A stretch of 64,000 nucleotides of DNA from Desulfuromonadales bacterium (GTDB lineage Bacteria > Desulfobacterota > Desulfuromonadia > Desulfuromonadales > SZUA-540): positions 64,001 to 128,000 of the forward strand of contig JAWSUS010000003.1 in assembly GCA_033549025.1 (NCBI GenBank), given 5' to 3'. Below the pieces are notes generated by a model. It did no database searches, was not told the origin of the DNA, and saw only the letters and a list, made by a program, of their open reading frames with translations. The position numbers and the translations under genes are program-made. Every line of letters starts with the position of its first letter. Position 1 is the stretch's first letter. Of this stretch, positions 18,610 through 28,452 are shown piece by piece.

Positions 18610-20346
18610 ATGAGCACTCTGGGCAGTCATAAAGGAACCGTGGGGACCACGGCATGGCGTGCACTGGCGGTCATCCTGCAGGAAGATTTCGCCGTGCCCG
18701 CCGAGAAAATCCGGGAGGCCGACGAGGCCCGCCAGGAGAGCGGCAGGCGGCTGGGAGAGACCCTGCTGGCCATGAAGGTTATTACCCCGGCCATCCTCAG
18801 CCGGGCGCTGGCCAGCCAGCGTGGGCTGGAATTTCTGGAAGCCATCCCCGACAGCGGCACTGATGCCGACCTGCTCAACCTCGTCCCCATCGCCTTTGCC
18901 AAGGAATATCGGGTTTTTCCCCTGGCGCGACGAGAGGGGTATCTGCGGGTGGCCGTGGCCGATCCGGCCGACAGCCGCCCCCTGAACGATCTCGCCGCCC
19001 TGACCCGGGAGGCCATCGAGGTGGTAGTGGCCGCGCCCGAGGAAATTCTGCGGGCCGTCAATCAGGCCTATGAGCGCCGGGCCGGTGAAGCGCAGGAAGT
19101 CATCGAGGACATCGAGGAAGGATTTGGCGGCGACCTCGCCCGTAACCTGGAGCCGGCCGACCTGCTCGACGCCTCCGACGAGGCGCCGGTCATCCGCTTC
19201 GTCAACAGCCTGATTACCCAGGCCTACAAGGAGCGGGCCAGCGATATCCATATCGAACCCTTTGAGACCAGCCTGGTCGTGCGCTACCGCATCGACGGCA
19301 TTCTTTACGAGGTCTTGCAGCCGCCGCACAAGGCCCAGGCCAGCATCACCTCGCGCATCAAGATCATGTCCGGTCTGAATATTGCCGAAAAGCGGCTGCC
19401 GCAGGATGGCCGTTTCCGTGTGCGCATCGCCGGCAAGGATGTGGACGTGCGCGTCTCGACCCTGCCAACGGCTTTCGGAGAACGGGTAGTGCTAAGGCTG
19501 CTGGACAAAGCGTCCAACGTGTTGAGCCTGGAAGAGATCGGCATGGATCCGCCCATGCTCAAGCAGGTCAACGCCATGATCCACAAAAGTCACGGCATCT
19601 TCCTGGTGACCGGCCCTACCGGCTCGGGCAAGACGACGACCCTCTACGCCGCCCTCACCCGTCTCAACAGCCGGGAAAAGAACATCATCACCGTCGAGGA
19701 TCCCATCGAGTACCAGCTGGCGGGCGTCGGGCAGATTCAGGTCAACGCCAAAATCAATCTAACCTTCGCCAACGGCCTGCGCGCCATTCTACGCCAGGAC
19801 CCCGACATCATCATGGTCGGCGAGATTCGCGACCGGGAGACGGCCGAAATCGCCGTGCAGTCGGCCCTGACCGGCCACATGGTCTTTTCGACCCTGCACA
19901 CCAACGACTCCGCCGGCGCCCTGACCCGCCTGGTGGAGATGGGGATCGAGCCCTTTCTGGCGGCTTCGTCCATCGTCGGCATTCTGGCCCAGCGTCTGGT
20001 GCGGCGCATCTGCCCCCACTGCCGCGAGCCCCATCCCCCCTCCATGGAGCGATTCACCGAGATGGGCCTCGCCGCCAGTCTGCCCGCTAACGCCACCTTT
20101 TACCATGGCCGCGGCTGTGAGAAATGCATGGACATCGGCTACCGAGGCCGCAGCGGCATCTACGAGCTGCTGCCTGTCGACGAACCGGTGCGGGAGCTGC
20201 TGCTGCAGAACAAGGATTCGGCCAGCATCCGCAACGTGGCCATCCAGCGCGGCATGAGTACCCTGTGGGATTCGGGCATTGCCCGCGCCCTGGAAGGCGA
20301 GACCACCCTTGAGGAAGTCCTGCGCGTCACCCAGGAGGAAGTGTAG
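18610..20346 (+). CDS. gspE: type II secretion ATPase E
   Basis: ASDIHIEP, GPTGSGKTT, RQDPDIIMVGEIRD, CxxC...CxxC Zn motif. Confidence 0.96.
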   Translation: MSTLGSHKGTVGTTAWRALAVILQEDFAVPAEKIREADEARQESGRRLGETLLAMKVITPAILSRALASQRGLEFLEAIPDSGTDADLLNLVPIAFAKEYRVFPLARREGYLRVAVADPADSRPLNDLAALTREAIEVVVAAPEEILRAVNQAYERRAGEAQEVIEDIEEGFGGDLARNLEPADLLDASDEAPVIRFVNSLITQAYKERASDIHIEPFETSLVVRYRIDGILYEVLQPPHKAQASITSRIKIMSGLNIAEKRLPQDGRFRVRIAGKDVDVRVSTLPTAFGERVVLRLLDKASNVLSLEEIGMDPPMLKQVNAMIHKSHGIFLVTGPTGSGKTTTLYAALTRLNSREKNIITVEDPIEYQLAGVGQIQVNAKINLTFANGLRAILRQDPDIIMVGEIRDRETAEIAVQSALTGHMVFSTLHTNDSAGALTRLVEMGIEPFLAASSIVGILAQRLVRRICPHCREPHPPSMERFTEMGLAASLPANATFYHGRGCEKCMDIGYRGRSGIYELLPVDEPVRELLLQNKDSASIRNVAIQRGMSTLWDSGIARALEGETTLEEVLRVTQEEV

Positions 20347-20348
20347 CC

Positions 20349-21569
20349 GTGCCTCTGTTCGAGTACACCGGTTTTGACGCCCGAGGAAAAAAGGTGAACG
20401 GCGTGATCGAGGCTTCCGGCAAAAAGCTGGGATTGCAGAAGCTGCGCGAGCAGGGGATCTACGCGACCGATCTGAAGGAAGAGAAAACCGGCAGGGGCGA
20501 GAAGGCCAAACGATCGCTGACGCTCTTTAAAAGCAGCGTGTCGACCATGGAACTGGCCGCCGCCACCCGCCAGATGGCCACCCTGCTCGGCGCCGGTCTG
20601 CCGCTGGACGAAACCCTGCAGACCGTCAGCTCGCAGTTGGAGAACCCGACCCTGGGCCGCACCCTCTCCCGCGTGCGTGAAGAGGTGGTCCGCGGCGAAT
20701 CGCTGCATCAGAGCCTGGCCAGCGAAGGACGGGTCTTCCCCGAACTCTATGTCAACATGATCGAGGTCGGCGAAAACAGCGGCACCCTGGAGCAGGTCCT
20801 GCAGCGCCTGGCCGATTTTCTGGAAGAGCAGGTCCGCATGAAGAGCCGACTGCGCGCCGCCCTCGCCTACCCCATCCTCATGGCTCTCATTGGCAGCGGC
20901 GTCCTCGTCTTTCTGGTGACCTTCGTCGTTCCCAAGGTCACCCGTATGCTGGAGGATCTGGGGCAATCCCTGCCCTGGCCGACCCTGCTTCTCATCCGCG
21001 GCAGCGATCTGCTCGTCGATTATGCCTGGCTTATTCTGGCCCTGCTGGCCGCCGCCGTCTTCGCCTTTTTGCGGTATCGCCGCACGGAACGGGGGCGCTG
21101 GCAGCTGCACCGCCTTGCCCTGTCGATCCCCGTGGTCGGCCGTCTGAATCTGCTGGTGGCCACCTCGCGGTTCGCCCGCACCCTGGGCACCCTACTGCAG
21201 AGCGGATTGCCCCTGCTGGCAGCTCTCGACATCACCCGCAATCTGCTGCAGAACCAGCTGCTGCGCGAAGCCCTGGAGGATACCGCCGCCGCCGTACGGG
21301 AGGGTGAAGGGCTCTCCGCCCCTCTCAAGCGGGCCGCGGTCTTTCCCCCCATGCTCACTCAGATGACTGCCGTCGGCGAACGAAGCGGCGACATGGAAAC
21401 CATGCTTTTTCGCGTGGCCGACGCCTACGACCACGAAGTGGAACTGGCGATTACCGGTGCCCTGTCCCTGCTTGAACCGCTGATGATTCTTCTGATGGGA
21501 ACCGTCGTCGGCTTTATCGTCATGGCCATCCTGCTACCCATTTTTCAGGCCAGCCAGGGAATCGGCTGA
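20349..21569 (+). CDS. gspF: type II secretion inner membrane protein F
   Basis: TRQMATLLGAGLPL, GENSGTL, ALAYP, LLEP..ILLPI. Confidence 0.95.
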   Translation: MPLFEYTGFDARGKKVNGVIEASGKKLGLQKLREQGIYATDLKEEKTGRGEKAKRSLTLFKSSVSTMELAAATRQMATLLGAGLPLDETLQTVSSQLENPTLGRTLSRVREEVVRGESLHQSLASEGRVFPELYVNMIEVGENSGTLEQVLQRLADFLEEQVRMKSRLRAALAYPILMALIGSGVLVFLVTFVVPKVTRMLEDLGQSLPWPTLLLIRGSDLLVDYAWLILALLAAAVFAFLRYRRTERGRWQLHRLALSIPVVGRLNLLVATSRFARTLGTLLQSGLPLLAALDITRNLLQNQLLREALEDTAAAVREGEGLSAPLKRAAVFPPMLTQMTAVGERSGDMETMLFRVADAYDHEVELAITGALSLLEPLMILLMGTVVGFIVMAILLPIFQASQGIG

Positions 21570-21629
21570 GAAGAACCACTACCAGAGGATTTACAAGGGC
21601 CTGAAAAACCAGGCCGGAAGGAGATAATC

Positions 21630-22070
21630 ATGAAACGCTCAACCTTAAGGAATCAGCGGGGTTTTACCCTCATCGAAATCATGGTCGTGGTCGTTATCCT
21701 CGGCATCCTGGCGGGCATCGTCGTGCCGCAGCTTCTGGACCGCCCCGAGGAGGCGCGACGCACCAAAGCCGCCGTACAGATCAAGAGCATGGAAGAGGCC
21801 CTGGCCCTTTACAAGCTCGACAACGGGAACTTCCCCTCGACGGAGCAGGGGCTGGCCGCTTTGGCCCAAAAGCCGGAAATCGGACTGATCCCCACCCGCT
21901 ACCGGGAAGGGGGCTACCTGAAAAAGATTCCGCAGGATCCCTGGAACAACAACTACGTCTACCTGTCGCCGGGCACCCGCGGCGACTATGACCTGCTCTC
22001 CTATGGGGCCGACGGCGAACCGGGAGGCGAAGGGAAAAATGCCGACATTACCAACTGGGACCTCGAATAA
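21630..22070 (+). CDS. gspG: major pseudopilin G
   Basis: G|FTLIE prepilin site, YKLDNG.FPS, DPWNN.Y.Y, SYGADG..GG. Confidence 0.97.
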   Translation: MKRSTLRNQRGFTLIEIMVVVVILGILAGIVVPQLLDRPEEARRTKAAVQIKSMEEALALYKLDNGNFPSTEQGLAALAQKPEIGLIPTRYREGGYLKKIPQDPWNNNYVYLSPGTRGDYDLLSYGADGEPGGEGKNADITNWDLE

Positions 22071-22557
22071 CGCGCGTGGCTTCACGCTCATCGAGCTGTC
22101 CATCGTCGTTTTTCTGCTGGCTCTCTTCGCCTCCATGACCTTCCCCATGCTGACGGGGGTCGGCCAGAACGACCTCGACGCCTCGGCCCGCCGCCTGGCC
22201 GGCACGGTTAAATATCTGTTCAATGAAGCGGCCTTGGAGGGGCGGGAGTACCGACTGGTCTTCGACCTGGGGCAGTCGAGCTACAAGGCCCAGCGACTGG
22301 AGACGGACGGCACCCTGACGGAGGCCGACCGCTTCGGCAAAGAGACCCGGCTCAAAGGGGATGCCCGCTTTCAGGATATCTTTATCACCGGGGCGGGAGG
22401 CCGCTCTTCGGGCGAGGTGACCGCCCGCATCTTTCCCGTGGGATGGATGGAGGAGACCATCATCCATCTGCAGGACGACCAGAAGCGAACCCTGACTCTG
22501 CGGATCAGGCCTTTCACGGCCGAAACGGAAGTGCATGAAGGTTACCGGGAATTCTGA
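22039..22557 (+). CDS. gspH: minor pseudopilin H
   Basis: G|FTLIELS prepilin site; position after gspG. Confidence 0.85.
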   Translation: MPTLPTGTSNNARGFTLIELSIVVFLLALFASMTFPMLTGVGQNDLDASARRLAGTVKYLFNEAALEGREYRLVFDLGQSSYKAQRLETDGTLTEADRFGKETRLKGDARFQDIFITGAGGRSSGEVTARIFPVGWMEETIIHLQDDQKRTLTLRIRPFTAETEVHEGYREF

Positions 22558-22915
22558 GGCGGGGTTCACCCTGCTCGAAGTCATGATCGCCCTGGCCATC
22601 GTCAGCGTCGCCCTGGTGACGCTGCTGACCCTGGGCAATCGTTCCATCGCCGTGCATGGACGCCTGCAGCACACCACCCAGGCCACGCTGCTGGCGCAGC
22701 AGAGGATGGCCCAGATCGAAGTCGAGGCCGAGCAGGGCACCTTACAGGTGCGTGAGGATGAAGCCCCCTTCGAGGAGCCCTTCGCCGACTACCGCTGGCA
22801 GGTGACCTACAGCGACACGCCCCTGCCTTCCGTGAAAATGGTGACGGTGGCGGTCCTGTGGGGCGAGGCGACCCGCCAGGAGGGGGTTGAGCTGAACTCC
22901 TTTATTTTTGACTGA
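22535..22915 (+). CDS. gspI: minor pseudopilin I
   Basis: G|FTLLEVMIALAI; size and operon position. Confidence 0.88.
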   Translation: MKVTGNSEAGFTLLEVMIALAIVSVALVTLLTLGNRSIAVHGRLQHTTQATLLAQQRMAQIEVEAEQGTLQVREDEAPFEEPFADYRWQVTYSDTPLPSVKMVTVAVLWGEATRQEGVELNSFIFD

Positions 22916-22925
22916 TGGTGACGTA

Positions 22926-23531
22926 ATGCCTGGACGCCAAGCGGGGTTCACCCTCATCGAAATCACGATCGCCGTGGCCATCGCCGCCACGGTCATGCTG
23001 ACCATCTACGGTGTTTTCAGTTCGGTCAGCTCCGCCAAGGAGCGCGTAGAGGCGGACAGCGCCGCCTACCACCAGGCCAGAGTGCTCTGCGATCGCCTCG
23101 GCAAGGAAATCCGCGGCACCTATTTGCGCCAGGAAAACCCGAAAACCCTCTTCGTCCTGGAGAAGAACGAGGACAACCTGCCGCGGTTGACCCTGTCCAC
23201 CACCGCCAGTACGCCCCAGGGAGGCGCCGGCGGCATCGTCGTTGTCCGCTACGACGTGCGCCCCGACCCCGACAGCGAAGAAGGAGACCGGGCCCTGTTC
23301 CGCAGCGAATACCCGCTGTTCCACCCGGAAGGGACCGAGCAGACCTTCTACCGGCTGGCGTCAGGCATTGAAGACTTTCAGATCCGTTGTTTTGCCGACG
23401 GCATCTGGCACGAAGACTGGCAACAGGGATTGCCGCAGATCCTCGAAATCAACTTTCACCTGCGCCTCGGCGATCGCACGATCCCCTTCACCACGGCTTT
23501 TGAACTGCAGGGTAGCCGGAGTCAGGGATGA
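22926..23531 (+). CDS. gspJ: minor pseudopilin J
   Basis: G|FTLIEITIAVAI; operon position. Confidence 0.85.
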   Translation: MPGRQAGFTLIEITIAVAIAATVMLTIYGVFSSVSSAKERVEADSAAYHQARVLCDRLGKEIRGTYLRQENPKTLFVLEKNEDNLPRLTLSTTASTPQGGAGGIVVVRYDVRPDPDSEEGDRALFRSEYPLFHPEGTEQTFYRLASGIEDFQIRCFADGIWHEDWQQGLPQILEINFHLRLGDRTIPFTTAFELQGSRSQG

Positions 23532-24460
23532 GGGTCATAAGAAACGAAAGAGGGTCGGTGCTGCTGCTCGTTCTTGTCATCGTGGCGCTGCTGGCTTCGC
23601 TGCTGACCGAGTTCGCCTTTTCCACCCTGGTGGACATCAGGCTGACGGAAACCTTCCGGGACAGCTCCCGCGCCTACTACCTGGCCAAAGGGGGGATCCG
23701 CGTCGGCCGCGTCCTGCTCCAGGAGGACAAGAACAGCTACGACGCCCAAGGGGAAACCTGGTCCCTGGGGGTCGTCAATTATCCGGTCGGGGAGGGATTT
23801 GTCACCATCCAGATTGAGGATCAGGGCGGCAAACTGGACATCAACCGCCTGGTCGACACCCTCGGCGTCAACCCCAACAGCGTGTTCATTGATCGCTTCA
23901 ACCGTTTTTTCGACCTGTTGGGTCTACCGGAACCGGAGGACCTGACCGCCGCCCTCATTGACTGGATCGATCGCGATGAGGAAATCTACCAGGGTGAGGG
24001 ACTGGGCGCCGAAAGCGAATACTACCAGGGGTTGGTGCGTCCCTATCCTTGCAAAAACGCCCCGTTGGACAGTATGGATGAACTGGAGCTGATCCGCGGG
24101 TTCACCCCCGAAATCATCCGGCTGGTGCGACCCCACCTCACGGTCCATGGCGGCGACGAGATCAACGTCAACACCGCCACGGCGGAAGTGCTCATGAGCC
24201 TGTCCGCCGACCCGGAGATCGACCGGACCACGGCGGAAGACATCATCGCCCTGCGGGAGGCACGGCCCTTTATGACGTCGGAAGACCTTAAGGAACTGAA
24301 CCGCTTGCCGGGCATGGACACCCTGCTGCGCACCTCCTTTGCCGTGACCAGCCCGACCTACATCATCAGTTCCTGGGCAACGGTTAACGACGGCAGCCGC
24401 TCCATGGAGGGCGTCGTCCGCAAATCGGGCGATCAACTACTCTTTCTCAAGGTAAATTAG
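23528..24460 (+). CDS. gspK: minor pseudopilin K
   Basis: G|SVLLLVL (no E5), DQGGKLDIN, LIDWID, INVNTA. Confidence 0.92.
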   Translation: MRVIRNERGSVLLLVLVIVALLASLLTEFAFSTLVDIRLTETFRDSSRAYYLAKGGIRVGRVLLQEDKNSYDAQGETWSLGVVNYPVGEGFVTIQIEDQGGKLDINRLVDTLGVNPNSVFIDRFNRFFDLLGLPEPEDLTAALIDWIDRDEEIYQGEGLGAESEYYQGLVRPYPCKNAPLDSMDELELIRGFTPEIIRLVRPHLTVHGGDEINVNTATAEVLMSLSADPEIDRTTAEDIIALREARPFMTSEDLKELNRLPGMDTLLRTSFAVTSPTYIISSWATVNDGSRSMEGVVRKSGDQLLFLKVN

Positions 24461-24465
24461 AGCCT

Positions 24466-25869
24466 ATGGCAAAACGACAGATAGGAATCGATCTGGATGC
24501 CGGCACCCTGAGGGTGGCCATTCTTCAGCAGGAAAAGGGGGAGCCGGCCAAAATAAGCCTCGGCCGCCGGACCTACGTCGATGAGACCGAACTGGCGACG
24601 GCGCTTAAAGAACTGGTTGGAATGGAGCTGCACTACGGCGACCGTTTTGCCACCGCCCTGCCGGCAAGGGAAGGGTTCGTGCGCCGCCTCAGCTTCCCCT
24701 TTGCCGACCCGAAAAAAATTGCGGCGGCCCTGAGCTTTGAGCTGGCCTCCCAACTCCCCCTCTCCATCGAGGACTGCGTTACCGATTTCCAGCGCCCTCT
24801 GCCAGGGCCGGAGGGGGGCTTTTCCGTCACGGCAGCCGCCGTTCGAGCCGATGGCATCCCCCCGCTGCTGACGGCCTTTGAAGAGGCGCAAATTCCTCTG
24901 CAGACGATCGACCTGGCTCCTTTTGCCTATGCCAAAGGACTCAAAGAACAGGTGGATGAGGGCATCCTGGCCTGTCTGCAGGGTCAGGAAATCACCGTTT
25001 CCCTCGTGCTGGAAGGCAGACTGGCCGACTATCGCATCCTTCCTCTGCCGGCCGGCCAGAGCGCCGAGCAAACGGCGCGAGCCCTGCATCTTGAGGGCCG
25101 GGCCCTGCAGCAGGGGACAGACCATGGAGACCTCCCTTTCTTCCTCATGGGGACAGCCGTCACCCCGGCATTGCAGCAGCATCTGCAAAAGCTGGGGGCG
25201 CAGGTACGCATCCCGGCCTTTCTGGCAGACGATGAAGACGTCGCCCCGGAGTTTTTGCCGGCGGTGGCTCTGGCCATGCGGGCAGGGCTGGGAGAGAAAG
25301 ATAAGGGTTTCAATTTTCGCCGCGGCCCCTTCGCCCTGAAAAGCCAATGGGGCATTAACCGCACCCACCTCATCAGCGCCGGCATCCTTGTCGCCCTTAT
25401 CCTTTTGGCCCTGGCGGGATCGGCCACCCTGAACTACTCCAGCAAGGCCCAAAGGGCCCGGGCCCTGCAAGCGGAAATGACCAAGGCGTTTCGGGAAACC
25501 TTCCCCGGGCCACAAGCCATTGTGGACATTCCCCTGCAGATGCGGGGCAAGGTGAAGGAGCTGCAGGACAAGCTGGTTCTCTTCGGTCTGGACCAGACCC
25601 GCACGCCGCTGGCTTCCCTGCAGCAGATTTCGCAAACCATTCCAAACGATGTCACGGTCGATATCCGTGAATGGAATTACAGCGAGGAAGGCATCCGGAT
25701 GGAGGGACAGACGACTTCCTTTGACGCCATCAATCGCATCGTCAAAGCCCTGGAACAGACGAAAGACTACGCCTCTGTGCAGATTTCCGATGCCAAGATG
25801 AGCCTGGAAGGTAATCTGGTCGATTTTCGGCTCAGCCTGACACCCGCCAAGCAGGGAGGTGCCCAATGA
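24466..25869 (+). CDS. gspL: type II secretion protein L (PilM-like cytoplasmic plus PilN-like periplasmic domain)
   Basis: IGIDL start, actin-like domain, NFRRG, single TM, periplasmic domain. Confidence 0.85.
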   Translation: MAKRQIGIDLDAGTLRVAILQQEKGEPAKISLGRRTYVDETELATALKELVGMELHYGDRFATALPAREGFVRRLSFPFADPKKIAAALSFELASQLPLSIEDCVTDFQRPLPGPEGGFSVTAAAVRADGIPPLLTAFEEAQIPLQTIDLAPFAYAKGLKEQVDEGILACLQGQEITVSLVLEGRLADYRILPLPAGQSAEQTARALHLEGRALQQGTDHGDLPFFLMGTAVTPALQQHLQKLGAQVRIPAFLADDEDVAPEFLPAVALAMRAGLGEKDKGFNFRRGPFALKSQWGINRTHLISAGILVALILLALAGSATLNYSSKAQRARALQAEMTKAFRETFPGPQAIVDIPLQMRGKVKELQDKLVLFGLDQTRTPLASLQQISQTIPNDVTVDIREWNYSEEGIRMEGQTTSFDAINRIVKALEQTKDYASVQISDAKMSLEGNLVDFRLSLTPAKQGGAQ

Positions 25870-26393
25870 TCGCCAACCTGACCCCGAGGGAGCGCTTTAT
25901 CCTTTTAGCGGGCGGCCTGTTCGTGCTGCTGACCCTGGCGTATCTGCTCATCTGGTCTCCTTACCGCAATGCCATGGAACGGTTCGACAGCCAGATTGCC
26001 TCACGGCAGCGCCAGATGGGGGAGATTCAGCAACTGCGGCAGGAGTTTCTACGCCTCAACCAGCGCATCGCCCAGGCCGAGGCCCAGCTGGCCCGCGCCC
26101 GGTCCTTCTCCCTGTTCTCTTTCGTCGAGGAGGCCGGGGCGCGTATCGCCTCCCGTGAAAATCTGGTGTCCATGCGTCCACAGCCGGCCTCGGAACAAAA
26201 CGGTTTTCGCGAGGAGGCCGTCGAGATCAAGCTGGAGAAAATCCGGCTCGATCAGCTGGTTCAACTCCTGTATGAAATTGAGACCGCCGAAGCCTTCCTG
26301 CGCGTGAAAAACCTGCGCGTCAAGACACGCTTCGACAACCGTTCACAGCTCGATGCCACTCTGGTCATCGCCTCTCTGGGAAAAAGCCAATGA
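25866..26393 (+). CDS. gspM: type II secretion protein M
   Basis: LTPRER plus TM plus coiled coil; overlaps the gspL stop. Confidence 0.88.
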   Translation: MIANLTPRERFILLAGGLFVLLTLAYLLIWSPYRNAMERFDSQIASRQRQMGEIQQLRQEFLRLNQRIAQAEAQLARARSFSLFSFVEEAGARIASRENLVSMRPQPASEQNGFREEAVEIKLEKIRLDQLVQLLYEIETAEAFLRVKNLRVKTRFDNRSQLDATLVIASLGKSQ

Positions 26394-27280
26394 CGTTTTT
26401 CCGCTTCCGTCGCCCAAAAAAGCAGCCGGACTCCAGCCGCCGGAGCACCTCGAACCTGCGCCTGCTGCTGTCCGGGTTCGCCGTCTTGCTGGCCTGCTTC
26501 GCCCTGGGGCTCTATATTTTCTTTCCGGCCGACGCCCTGCGCCAGCGTCTTGAGCAGGAACTCTCCACCGACCCCCAGGTGCAGGTTGCGATGGATGGAC
26601 TGAAACTGGCCTTCCCTCCAGCCCTTGTCGCCACCGACCTCCGGGTAAGCGCCGCCGGTCTGCCGCGGGATGTCGTCATAGAAACTCTGCAGGTCAAGCC
26701 CCTGTGGCTGAGCCTGCTGAGCGGCAATCCCGGCGTCAAGCTCAGAGCGCACATGTACGAGGGACAGGTGGAGGCCAGGGTAAAAAAGCGGGGGGAGATC
26801 GAGGCCCTGGCCGAGTCCCTGCGCCTTGAACAGCCCGTGGCGCCCGGATCATCCATTCAGGTTGCCGTTGCCGTTGACGAAATTTCCTTCACCGGCACCT
26901 GGCCTATCCGCCCCGATACCGAGACGGCTTTAAATGCCCGGCTGCGCGAGTTCAGTCTGACCGGCATGAACGCCATCGGAGCCCAGAGCGACACCCTGCA
27001 ACTGGGGGCAGTCAGCATACAAGGGGGCGGAAAAGGCCCTTCCCTGCGTCTCGAAAAAATCGAAAACAGCGGCGGCGATGCAGCCCTGACCGGCAGCGGC
27101 ACCCTTTTGCTTACCCAACCGGCTGGACGCAGCCGGGTCAATCTGACCTTCGGCTTGACCCCCGGGGCCGGGTTCGACCCCGCCCTGCGGGACATGCTGG
27201 GGCTGTTTGCCAAAGCGGACAGCAGCGGCACCTTCAATCTGCGCCTCATGGGCACTCTGAGCAACGCCCAGCTGCGTTGA
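26390..27280 (+). CDS. gspN: type II secretion protein N
   Basis: TM followed by FP motif, beta-rich body, C-terminal L.GTL.N; follows gspM. Confidence 0.8.
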   Translation: MTFFRFRRPKKQPDSSRRSTSNLRLLLSGFAVLLACFALGLYIFFPADALRQRLEQELSTDPQVQVAMDGLKLAFPPALVATDLRVSAAGLPRDVVIETLQVKPLWLSLLSGNPGVKLRAHMYEGQVEARVKKRGEIEALAESLRLEQPVAPGSSIQVAVAVDEISFTGTWPIRPDTETALNARLREFSLTGMNAIGAQSDTLQLGAVSIQGGGKGPSLRLEKIENSGGDAALTGSGTLLLTQPAGRSRVNLTFGLTPGAGFDPALRDMLGLFAKADSSGTFNLRLMGTLSNAQLR

Positions 27281-27308
27281 GTCCCTGCCCTCTGCCAAGG
27301 ATTTGCCC

Positions 27309-28307
27309 ATGCTGAAAAAAGTTCAGGTATTGGTGATACTGGCTGTCATTCTGTCTTCCGTGCCCGGCCAGGCCATTGAGATCCAGCCCTTTCGTACCAG
27401 CAACCGAAGTCCCCTGGTGCAGATCTACGGGCTGCCGGCGGCTGAACGCAGTGCCCTGCTGGCAGGCGGGCAGTGGGAAGGCACCCTCTCTTACGATCTG
27501 GCCAGCAACTACACCCGACATGCGTCGGGCACCGAGAGCATCATCCTCGATGGCGAAACCTCCCGTTTGAACCTGGCCTTGCGCCACGGCCTGTCGGCCG
27601 GCTGGGAAATCGGGGTGGATATCCCCATGCTTTGGCACCGCGGCGGCTTTCTCGACGCCTTCATCGAAGACTGGCACTCCTTTTTCTCTCTCCCCCAGGG
27701 CGGCCGCAATAACTCCCCCCGCGATCGCCTCACCTACCACTACGAACGTTCCAGCCGCACCGCCCTGAACCTGACGGACGCTACCGAAGGCCTGGGCGAT
27801 GTGAGCTTTTCGTTGGGACGACAGCTCGTCAGTCAGAACAGCGGCCGCGACCGTGTCGCCCTGCGGGTCACCCTCAAACTACCGACCGGCGAGAGCGACC
27901 GCCTGCTCGGCAGCGGCAGCACCGACCTGGCTCTCTCTCTCAGCGCCGCTACCCAGCGCCCCGGACCTGGGGGAGACTGGGCGCTGTGGGGGAACATCGG
28001 CCTTCTCGCCATGAGCGATGGCGATGTGCTCCAGAACCAGCAGCGCAACCTGGCGGCCTTCGGCACCGGCGGCTTGGGCTGGGCTCCGGCCGACTGGATC
28101 GCCTTTAAAGTCCAGGTGGATGGCCACACCCCCTTTTACGATGACAGCGACCTCGATGAGGTCTCCACCCCCGCCGCTCAACTTACCCTGGGGGGCAGCC
28201 TGGGCCTGTCCCCGCACACCCAGCTCGATCTCGGGGTGACGGAAGATATTGTCGTCGCCACCGCCCCGGACGTCGTCTTTCACCTCGCTCTTCGTCACCG
28301 CTTTTAA
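27309..28307 (+). CDS. putative outer-membrane beta-barrel protein (DUF3187-like)
   Basis: signal peptide, P..T.N.SP, GGFLD.FIEDWH..F, KLPTG, C-terminal Phe. Confidence 0.65.
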   Translation: MLKKVQVLVILAVILSSVPGQAIEIQPFRTSNRSPLVQIYGLPAAERSALLAGGQWEGTLSYDLASNYTRHASGTESIILDGETSRLNLALRHGLSAGWEIGVDIPMLWHRGGFLDAFIEDWHSFFSLPQGGRNNSPRDRLTYHYERSSRTALNLTDATEGLGDVSFSLGRQLVSQNSGRDRVALRVTLKLPTGESDRLLGSGSTDLALSLSAATQRPGPGGDWALWGNIGLLAMSDGDVLQNQQRNLAAFGTGGLGWAPADWIAFKVQVDGHTPFYDDSDLDEVSTPAAQLTLGGSLGLSPHTQLDLGVTEDIVVATAPDVVFHLALRHRF

Positions 28308-28384
28308 GCATGGCCGCGGGTCGGCGCCTGTTCGGCCCGCCGTTGACTTTCCTCGCGGGATCTTTCTCCTCAAGCCGCTGACGG

Positions 28385-28413
28385 TTGACATTCAGAAGGC
28401 AAATGATTAGCTT
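28385..28413 (+). promoter_or_regulatory. sigma70-type promoter of lon
   Basis: TTGACA-17-TAGCTT. Confidence 0.55.
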
Positions 28414-28452
28414 TCCAGAACTGTCATCCGACATCTCAAGGAGTCACTACGC

